IMG/VR virus record: IMGVR_UViG_3300035670_000102
Location: 28,966 to 92,965 of that record
Reading direction: 5' to 3' (one strand)
DNA from: a virus
Length of the DNA stretch: 64,000 nucleotides
The notes beneath the pieces are model-generated. The model did no database searches, was not told the origin of the DNA, and saw only the letters and a list, made by a program, of their open reading frames with translations. Positions 59,801-64,000 of the stretch are shown in pieces. Within the stretch, counting starts at the first letter, position 1, and the number at the start of each line of letters is the position of its first letter. A program made the translations under genes and the position numbers.

Positions 59801-60472
59801 ATGAAAACATATATTGTTTATAAGATTACCAATAAGAAAAACGGAAAACCTTATATAGGAAAAACTGAATACTCTTTGGAGCATCGTTGGAATCGTCATT
59901 TATCGTCAGCAAGAAATGGTTCAAAATTTAGATTTCATTCTGCAATTAGAAAATATGGTGAAGATTGTTGGGACCTATCTGTGATTGAAACTTACCAAAC
60001 TGAAGATGAAAACTTTATTAATGAAAAGGAAACCCACTTCATTAAACTCTTTGAAAGTGATACAAAAGGTTATAATGCTACTTTAGGTGGTACTGGTGGA
60101 TGGATGCTTCCAAGATGCTCACAGGAGGTTCAGGAAGAGTGGAGAAATGGTATTTCCATAAGAACTACTGGTTATAATAATCCAAACTATTCTGGATACA
60201 CTGATGAGGAACTTATAGAAGTAGGTGTAAAGTTTGCTAAAAAATATGGATTTATTGGTGGAAGACAAAGAATAGTTGAGTTTGCTATTAATGAATTGAA
60301 TATTAAGTTTCCAAAACATTTTTCTAAAAATAGATTTGGTGGGAAACATAAAAACTTTTATAAATCTATTGAAGAACAAACTGGATTGGTGTATAATCCT
60401 TATTATAGAGACGAAACTCAAAGAAAACTTGCTAAACAACTTTTAGAACAAAATAGGAGAAAAAAATGTTAA
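59801..60472 (+). CDS. Free-standing GIY-YIG homing endonuclease
   Basis: IVYKITNKKNGKPYIGKT, R-W-x-x-H, AIRKYG, E..FI, GYN.T.GG; inserted between the intein halves. Confidence 0.9.
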   Translation: MKTYIVYKITNKKNGKPYIGKTEYSLEHRWNRHLSSARNGSKFRFHSAIRKYGEDCWDLSVIETYQTEDENFINEKETHFIKLFESDTKGYNATLGGTGGWMLPRCSQEVQEEWRNGISIRTTGYNNPNYSGYTDEELIEVGVKFAKKYGFIGGRQRIVEFAINELNIKFPKHFSKNRFGGKHKNFYKSIEEQTGLVYNPYYRDETQRKLAKQLLEQNRRKKC

Positions 60473-60564
60473 AGATTGAATATCTTGAAGAAGAAATCCC
60501 AGTTTATGATATTACTGTAGAAGGAACTCATAATTTCTTTGCAAATGATATTCTAGTTCATAAT
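60466..60564 (+). mobile_element. Split intein C fragment (33 aa)
   Basis: Blocks F/G VYDITVEGTHNFFANDILVHN followed by Cys+1. Confidence 0.93.
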
Positions 60565-61560
60565 TGTCAGGAAATTACTCTACCAACCAAACCCATTCAG
60601 CATATTGACGATCCTGATGGTGAAATTGCTCTTTGCATCCTTTCTGCTATTAACGTTGGTAAATTGAAATCCAATGATGAATTGGAGAGTCTCTGTGACC
60701 TTACAGTTAGGAGTCTTGACGAACTTATCGATTTTCAGGGATATCCCGTCAGAGCAGCAGAAATAGCCACTAGAGCACGTCGTTCTCTTGGGGTAGGTTA
60801 TATTGGTCTGGCACATTATCTCGCCAAGCACGGCGAACATTACGACGATCCAGGTGCCTGGAAACTAGTGCATGACCTCACTGAGGCATTTCAATATTAT
60901 CTGATTCATGCAACTGTCAATCTTGCAAAAGAGAAAGGTGCTTGTGAATACTCTCACAGAACTAAGTATGGACAAGGTATTCTCCCTATTGATACATACA
61001 AAAAGGACGTTGATGAAATAGTTCCAAATGAGCTTAAGTATGATTGGGAGAGTCTTAGACAGCAAGTACTTCAATATGGAGTGCGGAACTCAACATTGTC
61101 CGCACAGATGCCATCGGAGAGCAGTTCCGTTGTGTCAAATGCCACAAATGGAATTGAACCACCTCGCGGATACTTGTCCGTTAAAAAATCGAAGAAAGGT
61201 CCACTTAAGCAGATTGTTCCCCAGTATCAAACATTTAAGAACAATTATACGCTTTTGTGGGATATGCCTAGCAATCGCGGTTATATTCATATTGTTGCAG
61301 TTATGCAAAAATTCTTTGATCAAGCGATTTCTGGAAACTGGTCATATAATCCAGAAAATTATCCGGATAATGAAGTTCCTACTTCAGTGATGGCACAGGA
61401 CTTATTAACTACATATAAGTACGGTTGGAAAACCAGTTATTATCAAAATACATATGATGCAAAGACTGATGAAGTGGAAGATTCCAAACCATCTCTTACT
61501 GATTTAGTCAATGATATTTTAAGCACGGAGGAAGAAGATTGTGAGTCTTGTAAGATTTAA
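60466..61560 (+). CDS. nrdA: Split-intein C part fused to C-terminal half of ribonucleotide reductase alpha subunit
   Basis: Own SD AGGAG (60455-59); after HN comes CQEI, then ALCILSAIN, MPSESSS, NGIEP, DQAISGN, KTSYY and C-terminal CESC. Confidence 0.93.
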   Translation: MLKIEYLEEEIPVYDITVEGTHNFFANDILVHNCQEITLPTKPIQHIDDPDGEIALCILSAINVGKLKSNDELESLCDLTVRSLDELIDFQGYPVRAAEIATRARRSLGVGYIGLAHYLAKHGEHYDDPGAWKLVHDLTEAFQYYLIHATVNLAKEKGACEYSHRTKYGQGILPIDTYKKDVDEIVPNELKYDWESLRQQVLQYGVRNSTLSAQMPSESSSVVSNATNGIEPPRGYLSVKKSKKGPLKQIVPQYQTFKNNYTLLWDMPSNRGYIHIVAVMQKFFDQAISGNWSYNPENYPDNEVPTSVMAQDLLTTYKYGWKTSYYQNTYDAKTDEVEDSKPSLTDLVNDILSTEEEDCESCKI

Positions 61561-62725
61561 AACCAAACTAGAGGAGAAACCAATGGTCGAATCAATGACC
61601 GTTTTTAACTCTGAAGAAGTAGACACTAAAAAACAACCAATGTTTTTTGGAAAACCCTTAGGAATACAAAGATACGATTCTTACAAGTATCCAATTTTCG
61701 ATAAACTTACAACTCAACAACTAGGATATTTTTGGAGACCTGAAGAGGTTTCTTTACAAAAAGATAGGGCAGACTATCAAACGCTTCGCCCAGAACAGAA
61801 GCATATTTTTACCAGCAATTTGAAGTATCAGGTTATGCTGGATTCCGTTCAGGGTCGTGGACCTGGTATGGCGTTCGCGCCTTACTGCTCCCTCCCTGAA
61901 CTGGAAGCGTGTATGAAGGTCTGGGAGTTTATGGAGATGATCCATTCTCGTTCATACACTTATATCATCAAGAACGTTTATTCAGACCCATCTGAAGTTT
62001 TTGATACTATTTTAAAAGATGATCGTATTTTAGAACGTGCTACGAGTGTCACTCAGGCATATAATGATTTTATCAATAGTGCTCATCAATATGACAATTC
62101 GAATGAATGGGTTCACGCTTTAGAACAAGTACCATACGCACAAGAGGCAAGGTATGAACTCAAAAGAAAACTGTTTAGAGCAATTGCAAACGTTAATATT
62201 CTTGAAGGTATTCGCTTTTATGTCAGTTTCGCTTGCAGTTTTGCATTTGGCGAACTCAAGCTTATGGAAGGAAGTGCAAAAATCATCTCATTGATTGCTC
62301 GTGACGAAAACCAGCATTTGGTCATTACCCAAAACATTTTAAACAAGTGGAAAGAGGGTGATGACTCTGATATGGCACGTATTTGTAAAGAAGAAGAACA
62401 TTGGGTCTATAAGACTTTTGAAAACGCTGTAAATCAAGAAAAACTCTGGGCGGAACATCTGTTCAAGGATGGGTCTATGATTGGTCTCAATGACAAACTG
62501 TTACAACAGTATGTCGAATGGATTGCAAATCGTAGGATGAAAGCAATTGGATTGAAACCACTTTATGATATTCCTGCGAAGAATAATCCACTTCCTTGGA
62601 CTGAGCATTGGATCAGTTCTAAAGGTCTTCAAGTGGCGCCACAAGAAACAGAAGTTGAATCTTACATTGTCGGAGGAATCAAACAGGATGTTACCAAAGA
62701 TACTTTCTCAGGATTCCAACTATGA
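61541..62725 (+). CDS. nrdB: Ribonucleotide reductase beta subunit
   Basis: FWRPEEV, LDSVQGR, EMIHSRSY, LEGIRFYVSF, RDENQH, VAPQETE. Confidence 0.96.
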   Translation: MSLVRFKTKLEEKPMVESMTVFNSEEVDTKKQPMFFGKPLGIQRYDSYKYPIFDKLTTQQLGYFWRPEEVSLQKDRADYQTLRPEQKHIFTSNLKYQVMLDSVQGRGPGMAFAPYCSLPELEACMKVWEFMEMIHSRSYTYIIKNVYSDPSEVFDTILKDDRILERATSVTQAYNDFINSAHQYDNSNEWVHALEQVPYAQEARYELKRKLFRAIANVNILEGIRFYVSFACSFAFGELKLMEGSAKIISLIARDENQHLVITQNILNKWKEGDDSDMARICKEEEHWVYKTFENAVNQEKLWAEHLFKDGSMIGLNDKLLQQYVEWIANRRMKAIGLKPLYDIPAKNNPLPWTEHWISSKGLQVAPQETEVESYIVGGIKQDVTKDTFSGFQL

Positions 62726-62849
62726 TGAATGGTGCGAACAAGAAATAATGGACGCTTATAGAAGGGCAGCCGAATATGATGATTTCTTGTTTGGTGATTG
62801 TGATTATTCTTATGTTTGGATGGATAATAAATCCAATGACGTATACTGA
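62688..62849 (+). CDS. Small acidic protein overlapping the nrdB 3' end (MLPKILSQDSNYDEW...)
   Basis: GGAGG upstream of the ATG at 62688; stop directly before a terminator. Confidence 0.5.
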   Translation: MLPKILSQDSNYDEWCEQEIMDAYRRAAEYDDFLFGDCDYSYVWMDNKSNDVY

Positions 62850-62879
62850 AAGGGTCTTCGGACCCTTTTTTTATAAATA
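62849..62879 (+). terminator. cUUCGg terminator fused to late promoter TATAAATA (62872-79)
   Basis: AAAGGGTC-TTCG-GACCCTTT, T-run, TATAAATA. Confidence 0.88.
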
Positions 62880-62904
62880 AAATTATAAAGAAATTAAAAG
62901 AAGT

Positions 62905-63867
62905 ATGTCTAGACTTACTGGTACTGATGCTTTCAATATGATGAAAGCATATAATGCGGTTTATGCCCCTCAAGAAGAAGTTGAACTTACCGAAGAACAA
63001 ATCCAAGAAGATTTTGAAAATTGGGTAAACTCACTTGTAGAAGAAGGTTGTGATCTAAGTGAGTTTACCTGGGAAGATATGTATGAGGAATATTTGAATG
63101 AAATGGGACAAAGAGCAACTACAGGACAAGTAACAGCACCTATTTCAAATGCACCCTATCGTTCAAGATTTGCTCGTCCAATGAATGCTGGTACTCCTCA
63201 GCAAACAGGAAGAGGAACTGCGGTTTCTAGACCACCAGTATCAAATTTAGGTAGTGGTTATAGGGGACAAGAACTTCAGCAAGCGGCAAGAGCAAGAGCA
63301 TCTCAGGTAGGAACCACAAGACAAGGAACTGCTGGTGGCCCTACAGTTGGTGGAAATACCCCAATTGGTCCTACAACAAGACCTACACCACAAGCACCAG
63401 TACAAACAAGACCTACAGTTCAAGCAACTAGACCTGTAGTGCAAACAAGACCTACAGTTCAAGGTGTTACAAAACCAACTCCAACTTCTACTGCTCCTAC
63501 TGCTCCTACGGCACCAACTGCTCCAGCAAGACCTTCACTCAGATCTGACATTGCAGATCTTCAAAAGATGAGACTTGCCTCTCAAGAGCGTCAAAGAAAA
63601 GGTGGAGCAACTGTTGTTGGTTCTCAAATGGCAAGTTTTGATCCATTTGATGTTGTAAAAGGTTACCTTCTTGATGAAGGTTATGCCGATACTGAAGAAG
63701 CAGCACTTCAAATCATGGCAAATATGAGTGAAGAGTGGAGACAGAGTATTTTAGAAGCACCTATGAATCCTGCAGAACTTGAAAGAATTGCACATCAAGC
63801 ATCTAGTGAAGTTACAGGTAAAAAGAAAAAACCCAAAATGAAGCGTCCTGCTGGGATGAGAGAATAA
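62905..63867 (+). CDS. Late low-complexity hypothetical protein with YLLDEGYA...MSEEW motif
   Basis: Acidic N-terminal domain, P/T/Q/R-rich repeats, motif shared with 34835..35554. Confidence 0.75.
   Translation: MSRLTGTDAFNMMKAYNAVYAPQEEVELTEEQIQEDFENWVNSLVEEGCDLSEFTWEDMYEEYLNEMGQRATTGQVTAPISNAPYRSRFARPMNAGTPQQTGRGTAVSRPPVSNLGSGYRGQELQQAARARASQVGTTRQGTAGGPTVGGNTPIGPTTRPTPQAPVQTRPTVQATRPVVQTRPTVQGVTKPTPTSTAPTAPTAPTAPARPSLRSDIADLQKMRLASQERQRKGGATVVGSQMASFDPFDVVKGYLLDEGYADTEEAALQIMANMSEEWRQSILEAPMNPAELERIAHQASSEVTGKKKKPKMKRPAGMRE
63375..63530 (+). repeat. Degenerate coding repeats (ACAAGACCTACA x3; TAP x4)
   Basis: They encode TRPTPQ/TRPTVQ/TRPVVQ/TRPTVQ and TAPTAPTAPTAP. Confidence 0.7.
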
Positions 63868-63870
63868 AAT

Positions 63871-63906
63871 AAAAGAGGGTCTAACCAACCCTCTTTTTTA
63901 TAAATA
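63871..63906 (+). terminator. Terminator fused to late promoter TATAAATA (63899-63906)
   Basis: AAAAGAGGGT...ACCCTCTTTT, then TATAAATA. Confidence 0.82.
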
Positions 63907-63928
63907 ACTAAAAAAGTAAGAAAGAAAC

Positions 63929-64000
63929 ATGAAGTCTTTTAGTCAGTTTTTGAAAGAAGAAGAGGCAAGACAAGGATCTTTAATGACTCGTAGTGGGAAA
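63929..64000 (+). CDS. 5' end of a late gene with capsid-targeting-like N-terminus (MKSFSQFLKEE...), truncated by window edge
   Basis: ATG follows a late promoter; frame open to the window end. Confidence 0.65.
   Translation, partial: MKSFSQFLKEEEARQGSLMTRSGK

Noticed and set aside
59742-60465. Group I intron as explanation for the nrdA interruption
   Set aside because: The spacer is only 59 nt and the nuclease overlaps the downstream start, leaving no room for a ribozyme core. Intein blocks A, B, F and G explain the break.
63375-63530. Short direct repeats as a mini-CRISPR array
   Set aside because: Units are 9-12 nt, in frame, and lack unique 25-40 nt spacers; no cas genes.
1-64000. Stop-codon reassignment or photosynthesis genes (psbA, psbD, hli)
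   Set aside because: Core genes are full length under the standard code and use TAA, TGA and TAG as stops. No photosystem genes are visible in this window.

Overview
This window is a collinear, almost entirely plus-strand, AT-rich stretch of a T4-like myovirus genome. Gene content and order (g7-g8-vrlC-like-g13-g14-g15-g16-[insert]-g17-g18-g19-g20-g21-g22-g23-g3-uvsY-uvsW-g55-g47-g46-vWA/cobS-g45-g44-g62-regA-hsp20-g43-uvsX-g41-mazG-cytidylyltransferase-g61-nrdA-nrdB) match T4-like cyanophages (Kyanoviridae-type). The cyanobacterial host is inferred from that order plus DUF3110-like and NblA-like genes. The strongest unusual feature is a fractured nrdA gene. The N-terminal half ends in an N-intein, a free-standing GIY-YIG endonuclease follows, and the C-terminal half starts with a 33-aa C-intein whose +1 residue is the catalytic thiyl-radical Cys. 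The endonuclease leader is a long hairpin with a T4 late promoter in its loop. Other notable points: (1) late-promoter-driven genes with T4 internal-protein-like N-termini (MKTFxQFIxE) or repeated [ILV]xE sites, suggesting capsid-packaged cargo, including an RlpA-like transglycosylase and a nucleotidyltransferase; (2) a ROSE-like thermometer before hsp20; (3) a four-copy AACTGGCACA-N29/30-(-10) promoter element; (4) a strong antisense sigma70 promoter upstream of g55; (5) a 15-codon GIY-YIG remnant next to g43; (6) a GT17 glycosyltransferase inserted between uvsX and g41; (7) one tRNA-Ala(UGC). All family calls come from motif recognition by eye; no database search was run.
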